DNA from: Eukaryota sp. TZLM1-RC
Taxonomy: Eukaryota > Protista > Metamonada: BaSk clade
Length of the DNA: 64,000 bases
NCBI GenBank assembly: GCA_040285825.1
Contig: JAUPSS010000007.1
Coordinates: 892,501 to 956,500, forward strand
Direction of reading: 5' to 3'
Part shown: one piece after another, positions 1 through 11,921 of the stretch
How the letters are laid out: the number at the start of each line of letters is the position of its first letter
Position numbering within the stretch: position 1 is the first letter of the stretch
The notes under the pieces: generated by a model
The model's database searches: none
Seen by the model: the letters and a program-made list of their open reading frames with translations, nothing else
Told to the model about the DNA's origin: nothing
Program-made: the position numbers and the translations under genes

Positions 1-113
1 AGCTTTAGCTAGACAGCAAGCAAATAAAGATTTTGTAGAGGAAATCTTGGTTTAATGATAGTCGTCCCATTAGTTATGATTTAATTTAATCAAGTGTGCA
101 AATTCAATAAATA
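1..113 (+). mobile_element. 3' end of RLE non-LTR retrotransposon, family B
   Basis: Encodes ALARQQANKDFVEEILV* plus a 3' UTR (gtcgtcccattagttatg...gtgtgcaaattcaataaa) shared with copies at 4805, 19985, 42198, 50607. Confidence 0.85.
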
Positions 114-117
114 TAAA

Positions 118-2070
118 ATTTTGCCAAAACAATCTGTTGAAATTTGTGCCAGTTCTTCTCTTCACAATCATTTCAAAATCATTCAAAAACGTAAAGCCGT
201 TGGTGCAAGAGAACCAAAAAGAGAAAATACAAATGGATACAAATTGTATTTTGCATGTTGCAGACTGGCCAATTTGGACAAAGGTTCATTGTATTTTTTG
301 AATTTGAAATTTTCAGCTTTTGAAGGAGGATTATGAATTTCAGAATTAACAAGCCTTTGATTTGAGGTATTACAAGGATCAACCGACATCACATCCAATT
401 CAATGCAGCTTCCATTTAATCCAGGTAATATAACATCACATCTATTATTCTTATGAAAATCATCTTCAGTATCAAACAGATTTGACAACAGAGGTTCCAA
501 GAAGGATTCAATTCTATGAGACTTACACATACAATATAACTGGTCTCTCACAGCATCATGAACCTTGCTTCTAGAAGTAATAAAATGTTTACAATTTAAC
601 AAATGAGTAATTGTAATTTCTCGAGAACATTTACAAATTGAATTATGAGGTAAATTATCAGGCCAGATAAAGGAACGAAATCTCATATTCAGAGTCGAAG
701 CAGAATCAGTTAAGAGAGTACCATAATCTTGAGGAATGGTTGTTACTAAGGCAGAAGAAATACTGTCACACATATCTTGTAAAAGATTTGCAAAAGCGGG
801 ATTCGTTTTCTTGGCCAAGCCAAGTCTGACATCAAAGTCCAAGTTTTCAAAAATCTTTGACAATTTTTGTTGAAGCTTTTTACAGCAAAACTGTAAATTT
901 AAAAGAGATCGGTTTGGAATTTCTTGAATTGATTGAGGAAAACATTTGGTCCAAATTTGTGGTGGCAATTTTTCAAGTTCACAAGATAACTCATTCAAAT
1001 ATCGACTGCAACTGGGAACTAGCAGATGAGAATCATTAGGAAATCTACGAGAAAATTCATAAATAAAATTTTTGCCACCACCCAAGAATGCTGAGTGACA
1101 CAAAATTGAAGATTTAGTAAATCCAATACCACCCAAATTTGCTGAAGAAAATAAATGACTTTTCAACATTCTTGGTTCTACATCCAATAAATCAGCAAAA
1201 AATTCTGTTCTCAATGAATTAAAAAAACGACAAAAATCTAATGCTATGGAAGGAACAAGATCTCAAAAAGTGGGTTATTCTCTCAGTGCAGCAAATTTTA
1301 AGCAGCAAAATTTTATATGTTTTTCTATATCTAAAGAAGAAATTGAATCAGGTTCAATTTTCATTTTTTCCAAAATAACTTGCAATTCATTCTGAATTTG
1401 AGGAATGTATCCTAACCAACAACCAATGATCTCAAAAGCATCACTACTATGATCAGTAAAGGGGACAATAGAATCATTTATCACGAGATCTTGAGCAGAA
1501 GAGCCAATGAGAAGGCATTTGCTCGCATTAAGATGAAGCCCAATATTTTAATATGAATCGCTCATTTTTTTAACAAACAATTCTAGTAAATCAAGTGAAC
1601 CAATCAAGGATATATCATCCATATAAGCAACTATTTTTATAGAAGGGTATTTTTGCTTAATGATATTTACAGTTTAGTAAATAGCTAAACAGAACAATAA
1701 TGGTCCTGAAGGATCACCTTGTTTTACACCAGAAGATGATTCAAAACCAAATGAATTAAATATTAAATCTGATTATTTACCATAAAAATGGTAGACAAAC
1801 TCGATAGCTCAGGAAAATCAGATTTAATAACTTCAAAAATTGCTTTTCGCTTTACAGAATTAAAAGCATTTGTAAAGTCAAGATTAAAAATAAAGTTATT
1901 TTCCTCTGCATTAAAAAAAGTATCAGAGGTAATAGCAGCAACAGAAGCACCATCAATTGTTTTGATTCCAAATTGATGATGATTCAAAAATGTAGAAGCT
2001 TTGTCTTTGACACGATCGAAGACAATTGTTCAACGTTTGGAGGAAATTTTGGATCCACATTTGGAAATCA
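118..2070 (-). mobile_element. Degenerate non-LTR retrotransposon, family A (RT + zinc finger + restriction-like endonuclease; CRE-like)
   Basis: RT motifs LDFTNAFNS, GVKQGDPSGPLLF (~1695-1730) and AYMDD (~1615-1630); then GGIG, CKC..HLLNC, HDAVRD, EP, RCD, DV of the RLE; several stops/frameshifts. Confidence 0.9.
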
Positions 2071-4619
2071 AAATATGAGGAACGTTATTGAGCCAACAAC
2101 ATCAAAGGCACATTGTACAAAAAAATGTGGGATTATGTTTTTTGGCCGAGCCAAGACGAACATTAAAATCCAAGCCTCCACAAATTATTGTTAATTTTTG
2201 TTGCAATTTTTCAAATATATATAAAATAGTATTAAATAAAATTATCTTTATCTTAACCCGCCTTACATTAACACATACAAACAGACAGCTAGCATTTATG
2301 CCTAATGGCAACATGAATTTCAAGTTGTTTCTAATTTTTCAACATACTAAACGTTGAACAATATTGGGGAAGTAAAGATGATGAAGTATTCATAATGACA
2401 AAATATTGACGTGAGAAGTTGCACAGTTGGTATGACTTAGTGTCCATCAAATGGACATTTTATTTTCTAACTTTAAATATCTTTTCAAATTCTGTTATTG
2501 AAAGCATTGAAACATAAGACAGGAGATTCTTATGTAATGATTCTAACTTGTTGTATCAAGGTGTATGTATTGGTTTGCATTAGTTCATTTATATGGAGTT
2601 CACTACACAAAACAAGTTTACACAATCGACTTCAAAATACATCACCAACATTTAGAAAAAATGAGTTTACTTTTCTCTCTCATATGACCAACATTGTTCC
2701 CAGATCATCAGTTATGGACTATCAATCTACACTCGCATAATGGTAACATCACAATGCAAAATTCTATGAGTGGACATTAATCAGAGAAAAGAACCTCCAG
2801 TCATCAACGATTTGCACTCTGACGCAGTCAGACAACGAAATGGTTTATGAAAATAAATTTGTTTATTGAACCAAAACACTTAGTCAAATTAAATCAGAAC
2901 CAATACAATTCTGAATTAGTATAGGTAGTCAGCATAATGCGTTATATGTTTCAAATTTTGATACCTTATATAGCACAAATGGTTTCCTCAAAACACAACA
3001 TAAAATAAAATAACAAAAAAAAATAGAACTTTACACAGAGCATGTTGGATGGTGATGTTTTCAACTTTCGAATAATGAAATTCAGAATGTGAACACAAAA
3101 TTCATCTTAATCCAACAACTAATCAACTAGTAAAGAGAAAAATTGGTAAAACGTTGCTCATAGATTGAATCGTTATCAATAGAATTAAAATTCTTTCTTC
3201 TAGTGTTTGACATTTTATTAAAATATACTCATTTTTAACAAGTCATTTTTCAAGGAAAAACTACTTTAAACCTTAAACTGTTTAAATTCTGCTGAGGTTT
3301 TTTGTTGATTCAGCTTTGCAAAAACTCAACTCATGGTTTTTGTTTCGTTTTTTAAGTTGAGATTTCAATTCAACTGAAATCAAATTCTAAATCTGAATTA
3401 TTTGGAACATTTTACAATTTACAATGTATTCACAGAACTTTTAGCTCCAGGGCTAATTGCATTAAATTCAATGAACCAAGATTTCCCCTGCAAAATCCAG
3501 ATCTGTTTGTTTTCTCGCCATTGTTTCTCCTATTTATGAAAAGAACTGAACATATCTAATCATTACAGCAAATTATTTCGTGATCGCCACAAAAAGACAT
3601 CAAAGTATACATTCGAGTCATGCGTTTCTGTAACGTTTGAAGCGTTTATTTTAAATTCTAATCAAATTTTTCAGGAATGTTGCCATTTAGTGATTGGAAA
3701 AACATTGATTTCATTTGACAGTAACAATGTTCAAATTTTTTCATTTATGCAAAAATAGTTGAACTTTGGTTTGTCGCCAACAAATCTTCCCAATCTCCAA
3801 ATCCTTCAGCAAACTGGACAATGACATTTTTACATCCACGAAAAAATGCACATGAAGTAAGAATGGAGGCATTATTCCAGCTTAAACCACCTTATTGTGG
3901 ACTTAAATAAGTAAGATTAGAAATTTGGCACATTTCACAGCCATTCCGTTGATTTGGCACGTAGTTAATACAATTGTTGGCCCACATCTCTGCTAATAGG
4001 AGGATAAAAAGATTGAAATAGATAATTGAAATTCAAATTAAAATAGAGTCTCGTCATGCTGAATTTGATCTGTTTCTGTACATATAATTTCATCTTTTGG
4101 TCAATTTTTCCAGAAATGGTGATCATTTTTTCAAATAGATGTTTGGAGCTTTCATCATTGTTGCCTAAAAACGAACTTAGATGACCAGATGCATCAGATG
4201 AATTCAAGTTCGATTGAATTTCAATTCCATCAACTATTTTTCAAAATGGAGAATTTGAAAGAAAAACACATTTAAGTAGATTCAGTCAGAAGCCAAGTCT
4301 GTTGAATAATTCTTTGAAACAAAAACTTGCTGTTTTACCATCGTTAAGTCGCTTATTAAAACCACAGCGCCATTGTAAGCAATCTTTTTAAATGAAGGAA
4401 AAAGTCCTCAATCCTGTGATGAAATTGGATGAATTGCCAGACAAAATAAAAGAGGTCCCAAGGGGTCATCTTGTTTAACGCCACTGTATTCCTTCAAAAT
4501 AGAATCCACAGAGTATGATTCGGAACTGGAGCTGTGTGTCGTTTCAAAAGAAGGTAACAATTCATGCAAGTATTTCCAAAAAAGAAAAAGAAGAAGAAGA
4601 AAATTAAAAGAGTTTGGAT

Positions 4620-4770
4620 CCCCTTCAGCATCCCCTTAAAAGCAGAAAACACAATTCTCTTTTGCCAAAACAATCTGTTGAAATTTCTCTTAGTTCTTCT
4701 TTTTACAATCATTTTAAAAAATTTGAAAAAGCGTATAGCCGTTGACGCAAGTGAACCAAGAAGAGAAAAA
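4620..4770 (-). mobile_element. Family A RLE fragment
   Basis: KRRTKRNFNRLFWQKRIVFSAFKGMLK matches ORF 34123..34644. Confidence 0.8.
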
Positions 4771-4804
4771 ACATTTGGAATTATGAATATTATTTGTATG
4801 AATA

Positions 4805-5480
4805 AAATTTATTTATTGAATTTGCACACTTAATTAAATTAACTCAATACTAATGGGACGACTATCATTGAATCAAGATTTCCTCTACAAAATCTTGATC
4901 TGCTTGCTGTCTAGCTAAAGCTTCTTTTATTCGATTGAAAAACCGCGGTAATCTATTAATAATGGCAAATTGAATCCGTCCACGCCATAAAAAAATATCA
5001 AATCTTTTCATTGTGTTTTCTTGCACCATTTTTTGGAAGTTATCCAAAAAAGTTTCTGCTTCAACTGATAATCTTCCATTTATCGAAAATGGGAAAGCAA
5101 TAAAAACCAGCTGTGTATTTCTATCGACATTTGCCTCTTCAATTTCTTTATCATATTTTCTATGTTGTTCTTTTGCTTTAAAATCCAGAGCAGCCACAGG
5201 ATTAAGTTTTCTTCTGTGAACCAAAGTATCATTTGCAACATTACATGAGACAAAGTCAACAATAGCTTCAGAATTATCAATCCAATCACAGTATACATCA
5301 CCTCTATCATCAGAACCAAAATTATTCAGAGAAAGTGTTTCCTTCAGCAGGGGCTCTTTGATACACGATATCCTTGCAGTTTGTGCCATATTGAAAACAG
5401 TGTCTCTAACAGCATCATGTAATGAAGAACGATAAGTTATCAATTTAGAGCAATTCAGAGCATGGCGCAAAGTGAGTTGT
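4805..5480 (-). mobile_element. 5'-truncated RLE non-LTR element, family B (intact RLE C-terminus)
   Basis: ORF 4865..5521: HALNC..HDAVRD..EP..RGD..VDF..K..KY..PFSINGRL, plus family B 3' UTR. Confidence 0.85.
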
Positions 5481-6081
5481 ATGAATTGAATTGAAAGCAT
5501 TGCTAAAATAATACAACACACAAACCTTTTGTTATTTTTATTATTTTTATTATTTTTATTGTTTTGATGAAATAACAGATCTGCCGCAACTCCATCAAAT
5601 AATAACCAAAATAACTGACTTCTTTTATGTACTGTATTTAAGATAACTGACTACCATCAAAATGGTTCCTTTTGCACTTTGTACCCTTTGCTGTTGATGC
5701 TGTAAATACGTGGTGATGGAGAGGGGTGTATGTGCTTGTAGGGGAGAAGTTCCAGTAATTATACCCTAGCCGAAGATCGAGTAACCATCGCAGGTAGAAA
5801 CTCCATCTGAGTATTTATTGCATATCAGAAACGTAAAGATGTTGTATTTGCCCTTCCTTTGAATCTGGTGAAACAACATGCTGAAAAAAATACAAATAGA
5901 AGGACATATTATTTCAATTATACTTTTATGCTAACATTATTGTTAATCACGACGCATTACTATTTGTGATGTGATGAACATTCAATATGATTAACATTGT
6001 GATTCTGATGAACAAGTATAACAATTAATCAAATTTAAAATGAATAATTCCCAATTTCTTTAGAAACCTCCCAATAAATCC

Positions 6082-9000
6082 ATGGCGGATAACATCTCCT
6101 TGGAAGATGTTGCTGTCACACCCAATGTTCACTCTCCTGCTATGTATAAGGTCGATCATGATCGTCGTTGGGAAACTGATGACACTCAGGGTACCGAGCA
6201 GATCTCTTCATCTATCGAAACTAGTCTTTTCGGCCTTCTTTATGCGATGGTCAAACAAAACAGTGTTCACAAAGTTGCCTCACTCATTGGTCTTGTTGTT
6301 GATTTTTTCCTCATCAATACCTTTGCCTTCTCATCCTCCTTCAACTGGGGCCAATACGTGGTACGACCCATCAGATGGTTCTGGGACACATTCCGTATTC
6401 TCTCTTGGACATGGGGAGGCCCTCTCTACATTACCTCCTTTGTTGTGATCATTCTTATCCTCATTGTCATTCTCATAGATTCCTTCTACGTCGCAAGAGT
6501 CTTTAGAAAGGGAAAATTTACTGTGATTTGGCCAATCTCTCTTCTCCGCACCCTCATCGCACTCTCTGTTACCATCCTCTACATACCGTTCTTAACAATT
6601 CTTACCACAATGGTTGACTGTAACATTATCAACAACATCTTTGGTACCAACTCTTGCTTTACTTATCCTCACTTAATCGGCGCCATTACTGCCTTTGTTG
6701 CCATTCCCGTCTTTATTCTTATTGCCGTGTTAATGACCCTTGTCTACTTTGACCCAAACCCCCTCTCCACTTCTCCTCTAGCAAGACCTCATTCTAGAAT
6801 TGACTGTGTTTACTGCTTGTACAGGACAGTTTTGGTCTTGGTCACTGTACTTGGTGCTGAACATCTTTACTTACGATCAATACTACATTTTTTTATAACC
6901 TTTACAATGAGTTTTTTCATCATCATTTATCAACCTTATTTTTCTGCTAAAATGAATAAAATCAGATCAGGATTATTTGGTGTAGCCACAGTTTCAGCAC
7001 TGTGCTCAATTCTCTCCGTTGTTTATGATTTTGGGGAATTTCTGCCATTTATTTGGATGGGTCTGGTGCCATTTGGGTTTGTTATTCCGAAAAAATTATC
7101 AGGGATGAGATACAAGAAATTGGTTTTTCTAGATTATGGGGATTTGGATGCTGATAGTAAGTTGCAGTTATTTAATCAATCACCATCAATCACAAATCAA
7201 TCAGAGCCGAGCCAGTCAAAAACCTACTCGGTTAAGATTAAGGATCACGTGTCTTTCAGTTCGGTAACTGATGTCGAGGTTTCTACCCGTTTCCTTCGAT
7301 CTCATGCCAATCAAACCACGTTATTGATTGCTAATCATTTATACCAAGCTGCCCTTGACAAGTTTCCCAATTCTAGTTATCTCCACGTAGCATACTCAAT
7401 TTTCTTGTTGAATTACGCTTCTGATGCCAAGAAAGCTGCTCTACATCTAAACTCTGCCAGGAAATTGGGACCTTTCTTCGATGTTAGATTCACCATTTTC
7501 TGCCAAGATAAGACCCAAGAACAAATAAGCAAGTCGGCCAATATTACTCAAGGAAAATCATTGACTCTTATGAATTTTGTGGAGTTCCAGAAGAATTACA
7601 CTGCTGCTCGTAAATATGATCAATTAACAAGGTTGCTGATGCAGCGTTTTTGGAGTAATTTACTCTCCTCTACGGTTAAACTTGCGGTCTTGTCTCCCGC
7701 CATTGATGAAATTGATAGAGCAGCAAATAAGGCTAAACAAGCATATGAAGCTTTAGTTGAAAAGTTTTCTCATTCTGTTGATTTATTAAAGTCTTTTGCT
7801 TCGTTTTTAGAAGAAGTGTTGGGGGAAAAAGATAGAGCTAGTGAATATAGAAAAAGAGCCATGAGGGAAATGAAGAAGAAGAAAAGAAGGGCAAAAAAGC
7901 GACGCAAGTTGTTGGAAGATCAAGGGCCTTCTGGTTTGGAAGAGGAGAATGAAGAAGAAGATGCTATGCAAATCATTGAGCATGATAGGGCTAACCAGAA
8001 TTACGAGCATTCAGAAGATGCTGTGGGAACTGTGGGGTCGATTGAGCTCAAAACAAGTTCTGTTTCACTGAGAGGGAAACCCTTGGTGAATATCTTGGCT
8101 ACTAGAGTTAATTTGGTATTCATGCTGCTAATTACGATTTCAGTTTTTGTGGCAATTGTTGATGTAGGTATTTACAATCAACAACGCTCATTAATCGAAC
8201 AGTTTTCTGAGCTTTCTGCACGCACAGTTGGAGTTGCTGGTCTTAATTATGAGCTGACGCAATCAAATGATCAATCAGATTCTGATGATTTCTTGGAAAA
8301 TCTTGGTAATTTGAACCTTCTTGTTGCTAGTCGTTTCAGCTCTGGAACTTCTAATTGGTCTTTTTATAATTACTTATCTTCTTTTATTCATTCTGTTTTT
8401 GCTTCGCTGGATGATATTTCTCACGAATTTTCTGCAGAATTTCCATTGTTAAGTGTCAAGTTTAATAATAGAGATCAAAGCAGCTCACCATCTAAAATAT
8501 TGGTAACTTATTCCCGACTCTTGTCAGCAGTTTCAAGTTCAATATCAAGATTAAAGCAATTGATTCAATCAAATGCCATCGACAATCAATCAGATTCAAT
8601 CAATCAATTTAATGATTCAACTATTGATGATTCGGCAACTTCAATATATAAATCGACAATCAACACGTTATCAGCTTCTGTTTCTGAAACAATTTCGTTT
8701 CTCTCATTAATTTCCACTCAAATATCACATCGAATAGTTTTTGTTGCACTATTTTATTTTATTTCGATATTTCTTTTGATTTATATTCTATTTGGGCCGC
8801 TGCGGTTTGTTATAACCCGAATTCAATACAATAGAAATGTCGCTCTTAATCTTTTGCTTAAAATTCCAAAACCTGTGGTTCACCATATTTTGTCTACTAA
8901 ATTTGTAGACGAAGACCAACGAGGTATTCCTAATGAACCTCCAAGTATTTCAATGGACTTTTCTCAAAATAATTACTCTGAAGGTTTGTCAGAATCACAC

Positions 9001-11745
9001 TCCACAGTGCTTAATTCTTATAATGATCCCACGTCATCGACCGGGATGATGACGTCATCACCACGTAATCAGAGTCCATCAAATACATCTTCACGGTCAC
9101 ATAGGGGGTCAAAGTCGGAAGTTTCTCTGGATGTCTCTGGAAGATCTTCGAATTCCGATCGATCGGACCCACGGAAGCCATCAATCAATAAAAACTCATC
9201 ATCAAATCTGACCCCCTATAACGTGATGTCGACTGCTTCTTTAGGTTCTAAGAGAAATTTACATTCTAAATCGTCTAAATTATTCAAAGTCATTCGAAAT
9301 AGATATTCAGATTGGATCTCAGATTCACGATTTTTTTACTATCTTTCTTTTTTAATTGGAGTTGTTTTAATAACTCTGGTTTTTTTCTCTTTTCCTTTTG
9401 TTGTAGATTGTGCTAATTTTGTGGCTAATTATAATCAATTTGCGCGTTTTAAATTAAGCATTTACAATAATACTATTTCTAGAACCGAAAATTTGTCACA
9501 ACTAAGTAAAAGATTTGTTTTATCAAATCATGAAACAGATCTTCATTCTTATTTATCAGTTGCAACGACATTTCCCCGTTTAGATCAAAATCCTGCTATT
9601 TTTGATCTTCTTCCACGTCATCATCATGTGATACGGTCATTTATACAGCGGGAACACTTGTTTGAACAATGGACATCGAGTCTTGTCAAGTCAACGGCAA
9701 CTACCCCAATCAATCAGTTCAAAATGCTGACGTGGCATTCGATTGATGACGTCATTAGCGGATCTGATGATTTACTTACAGCGTCGCATCTTAAGGCTCA
9801 TTCACATTTACTGAACCAAAGCGAAGTAGTTTTTGGTAGTCAGCATCTCAATGAAGTCGCCCAAAATTCCTTAACCTCACAAGACTTTTCGTCATTAAAA
9901 AGTTCATTAAATTTTATTGGAAATAGACTTTTACTATCATTAAATCAACGATTTGTACCTGAATTAAATTTAAATTATTCAAATTCGACACTTTTTTTCC
10001 AACTTTTTACTTTTTTTGTATTTTTTTCTATTTTCTTAATAATTCTTTTCTTTGCTGTTACTTATCTATTAAGAACAGGTGCGGCTGATGACAAATACAA
10101 TAAGTCTTTCAAGTTTATTAGAAGATCTTTTGCATTTGGATTTGCTACCATCATTTGCATAATCATTGCGTTTTTTGTTCTCAAAGATGTTCACAGTCAA
10201 CAATCATTTTATGATAGTCAATCAAATGATGTGATGGAGATGCTCACAGTTAGAAACGATTTAATCAAAATGTATGCAGATTTGATTGATTATTCGATTG
10301 ATTACACAATTGATGCTGATTATAGAAAAATTGTTAATTTTAATGAAACTTGTACCAATATTTTGAACCAAATTGTTAGTTTCATTGATGATCAAAAGGT
10401 TTTTTCAGATGAATCACTTTTACTCAATTTCATCACGACAATGCTACAATCAATCAAAGTCAGTTTGATTGCAATCAATCAACGCTATTACACAGTTGAA
10501 AACTCTCTTTTACCTTCCGAATTGGGGTTAAGATGGGATTCAAGTGAAGATCTTGCAGAATTTCGTTACAGGGTTGACCTGGAAGAATTCTCAGCTTCTC
10601 CTTTCACAACAATGATCGACATTACCCTTCCTGCTCTAGAAACTCCTCTAAGAGAGCACTCTTATGCTGATTTTGATAACGACATCAATGATCCAAACTT
10701 AAGACTCATTTCCCAAACCACAGTTAGTGATGGCAGAAGCAAAAGATTATTTGATAGTACGTTTAATGTGATGGAACGGTATTTTTCTAAGGTTGTAGAT
10801 AATCATGAATCACACGCCGTTGGTCTTTTGAGTTCTCTTCAAAGACGCAATCAGATTAGTGTAATACTTTTGGTATTGAGTTTTTGCTTCTTCATCCTAT
10901 TCTCCAGGTTTGCCCTCAAAGTAATTAAGTTGGTATTATCCTTATCGCCCAAGAGTTCCATTCAAATAGTCCCAATGCCAATTCTGCAGCGATTGTCTTT
11001 CTTTGCAAAATTCACATTGGTAGTTTTAATTGTGGTTATTTTTGGCAATGCTATTTTAATCACTTCCATCAACAATAGGGTTGTTTCTTTATCTGCCTCT
11101 GTAGGAGCTTCTTCTCTCAGACATTCCCTATTCCATCAAGTCTATCTCTCCTTGTATAATATTAAACAAGACAATTTAGAATATGAATTTTCTCATTTTA
11201 ATTTACAAAATGTGGTGGATGAAGCTCTTACTATTCATGATTTAATTCTCAATGGTCGTAGCTTTCAAAGATTTAGTATCGATACTGGTTCTAATTTAGA
11301 TGGAATGGGCCACTTACTGCATGATTCAAACTGTCTTTATACTGAAGAAAGTCGTTGTAATTCTGATCGACATGGTGTCTCAGTCAATGGAATTCTGTCG
11401 CTGATTAACTGGCTGACGTCACAAATTGAGCTTTACTATGATACTAATGAGCTACATTCTCAAATTTTGGACGTGTTGGCGGAATTGCTCTCTGGTCTTG
11501 GTCAAGCTACTGAAATTTTCAAGGAAGGCACTCTCGGTAGAGTCAATGCAGTAGCAGTTACTGGAACCATTTTCAATGTAGTTGTAATTTTTGTAATCAT
11601 TTTGACCTATCTTTTTGTTTTTAGGCCAATGACTTCTACGCTTTTGGAAGAAGTACGACGAACTCGGGGTGTCTTGGCTCTCATCCCAGAAGATTTGAGT
11701 CATGTCTTTCACAGTAAGTTTTTGAGATTTTTGACGGAACAATAG
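6082..11745 (+). CDS. Tiny macrocysts protein (TmcB/TmcC)-like large multipass membrane protein
   Basis: 1887-aa ORF: N-terminal TM bundle with F..NPLS..P.ARPHSR, TPR-like helical region (YQAALDKFPNS, FDVRF, YEALVEKF), further TM clusters and a C-terminal EEVRRTRGVLALIP motif. Confidence 0.75.
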   Translation: MADNISLEDVAVTPNVHSPAMYKVDHDRRWETDDTQGTEQISSSIETSLFGLLYAMVKQNSVHKVASLIGLVVDFFLINTFAFSSSFNWGQYVVRPIRWFWDTFRILSWTWGGPLYITSFVVIILILIVILIDSFYVARVFRKGKFTVIWPISLLRTLIALSVTILYIPFLTILTTMVDCNIINNIFGTNSCFTYPHLIGAITAFVAIPVFILIAVLMTLVYFDPNPLSTSPLARPHSRIDCVYCLYRTVLVLVTVLGAEHLYLRSILHFFITFTMSFFIIIYQPYFSAKMNKIRSGLFGVATVSALCSILSVVYDFGEFLPFIWMGLVPFGFVIPKKLSGMRYKKLVFLDYGDLDADSKLQLFNQSPSITNQSEPSQSKTYSVKIKDHVSFSSVTDVEVSTRFLRSHANQTTLLIANHLYQAALDKFPNSSYLHVAYSIFLLNYASDAKKAALHLNSARKLGPFFDVRFTIFCQDKTQEQISKSANITQGKSLTLMNFVEFQKNYTAARKYDQLTRLLMQRFWSNLLSSTVKLAVLSPAIDEIDRAANKAKQAYEALVEKFSHSVDLLKSFASFLEEVLGEKDRASEYRKRAMREMKKKKRRAKKRRKLLEDQGPSGLEEENEEEDAMQIIEHDRANQNYEHSEDAVGTVGSIELKTSSVSLRGKPLVNILATRVNLVFMLLITISVFVAIVDVGIYNQQRSLIEQFSELSARTVGVAGLNYELTQSNDQSDSDDFLENLGNLNLLVASRFSSGTSNWSFYNYLSSFIHSVFASLDDISHEFSAEFPLLSVKFNNRDQSSSPSKILVTYSRLLSAVSSSISRLKQLIQSNAIDNQSDSINQFNDSTIDDSATSIYKSTINTLSASVSETISFLSLISTQISHRIVFVALFYFISIFLLIYILFGPLRFVITRIQYNRNVALNLLLKIPKPVVHHILSTKFVDEDQRGIPNEPPSISMDFSQNNYSEGLSESHSTVLNSYNDPTSSTGMMTSSPRNQSPSNTSSRSHRGSKSEVSLDVSGRSSNSDRSDPRKPSINKNSSSNLTPYNVMSTASLGSKRNLHSKSSKLFKVIRNRYSDWISDSRFFYYLSFLIGVVLITLVFFSFPFVVDCANFVANYNQFARFKLSIYNNTISRTENLSQLSKRFVLSNHETDLHSYLSVATTFPRLDQNPAIFDLLPRHHHVIRSFIQREHLFEQWTSSLVKSTATTPINQFKMLTWHSIDDVISGSDDLLTASHLKAHSHLLNQSEVVFGSQHLNEVAQNSLTSQDFSSLKSSLNFIGNRLLLSLNQRFVPELNLNYSNSTLFFQLFTFFVFFSIFLIILFFAVTYLLRTGAADDKYNKSFKFIRRSFAFGFATIICIIIAFFVLKDVHSQQSFYDSQSNDVMEMLTVRNDLIKMYADLIDYSIDYTIDADYRKIVNFNETCTNILNQIVSFIDDQKVFSDESLLLNFITTMLQSIKVSLIAINQRYYTVENSLLPSELGLRWDSSEDLAEFRYRVDLEEFSASPFTTMIDITLPALETPLREHSYADFDNDINDPNLRLISQTTVSDGRSKRLFDSTFNVMERYFSKVVDNHESHAVGLLSSLQRRNQISVILLVLSFCFFILFSRFALKVIKLVLSLSPKSSIQIVPMPILQRLSFFAKFTLVVLIVVIFGNAILITSINNRVVSLSASVGASSLRHSLFHQVYLSLYNIKQDNLEYEFSHFNLQNVVDEALTIHDLILNGRSFQRFSIDTGSNLDGMGHLLHDSNCLYTEESRCNSDRHGVSVNGILSLINWLTSQIELYYDTNELHSQILDVLAELLSGLGQATEIFKEGTLGRVNAVAVTGTIFNVVVIFVIILTYLFVFRPMTSTLLEEVRRTRGVLALIPEDLSHVFHSKFLRFLTEQ

Positions 11746-11921
11746 AGTATGTTTTAAAAAAATTTAAAGTTTTATCATTTTAATTCAATATTAATTTCAT
11801 TTTTTGTATATTTTTTCATGCTTTTTATTTGAATTTAGAGAAGACAATATATAAATCATGATTTCCCTAATTCAAATACAAAAAAATTTAGACTAGGAAA
11901 ACTAATTAAATAAAATTAAAA

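Noticed and set aside
2400-4500. Further very old RLE/RT relics (also 22100-22750, 27200-28500)
   Set aside because: Only scattered motif hints; boundaries and family cannot be supported
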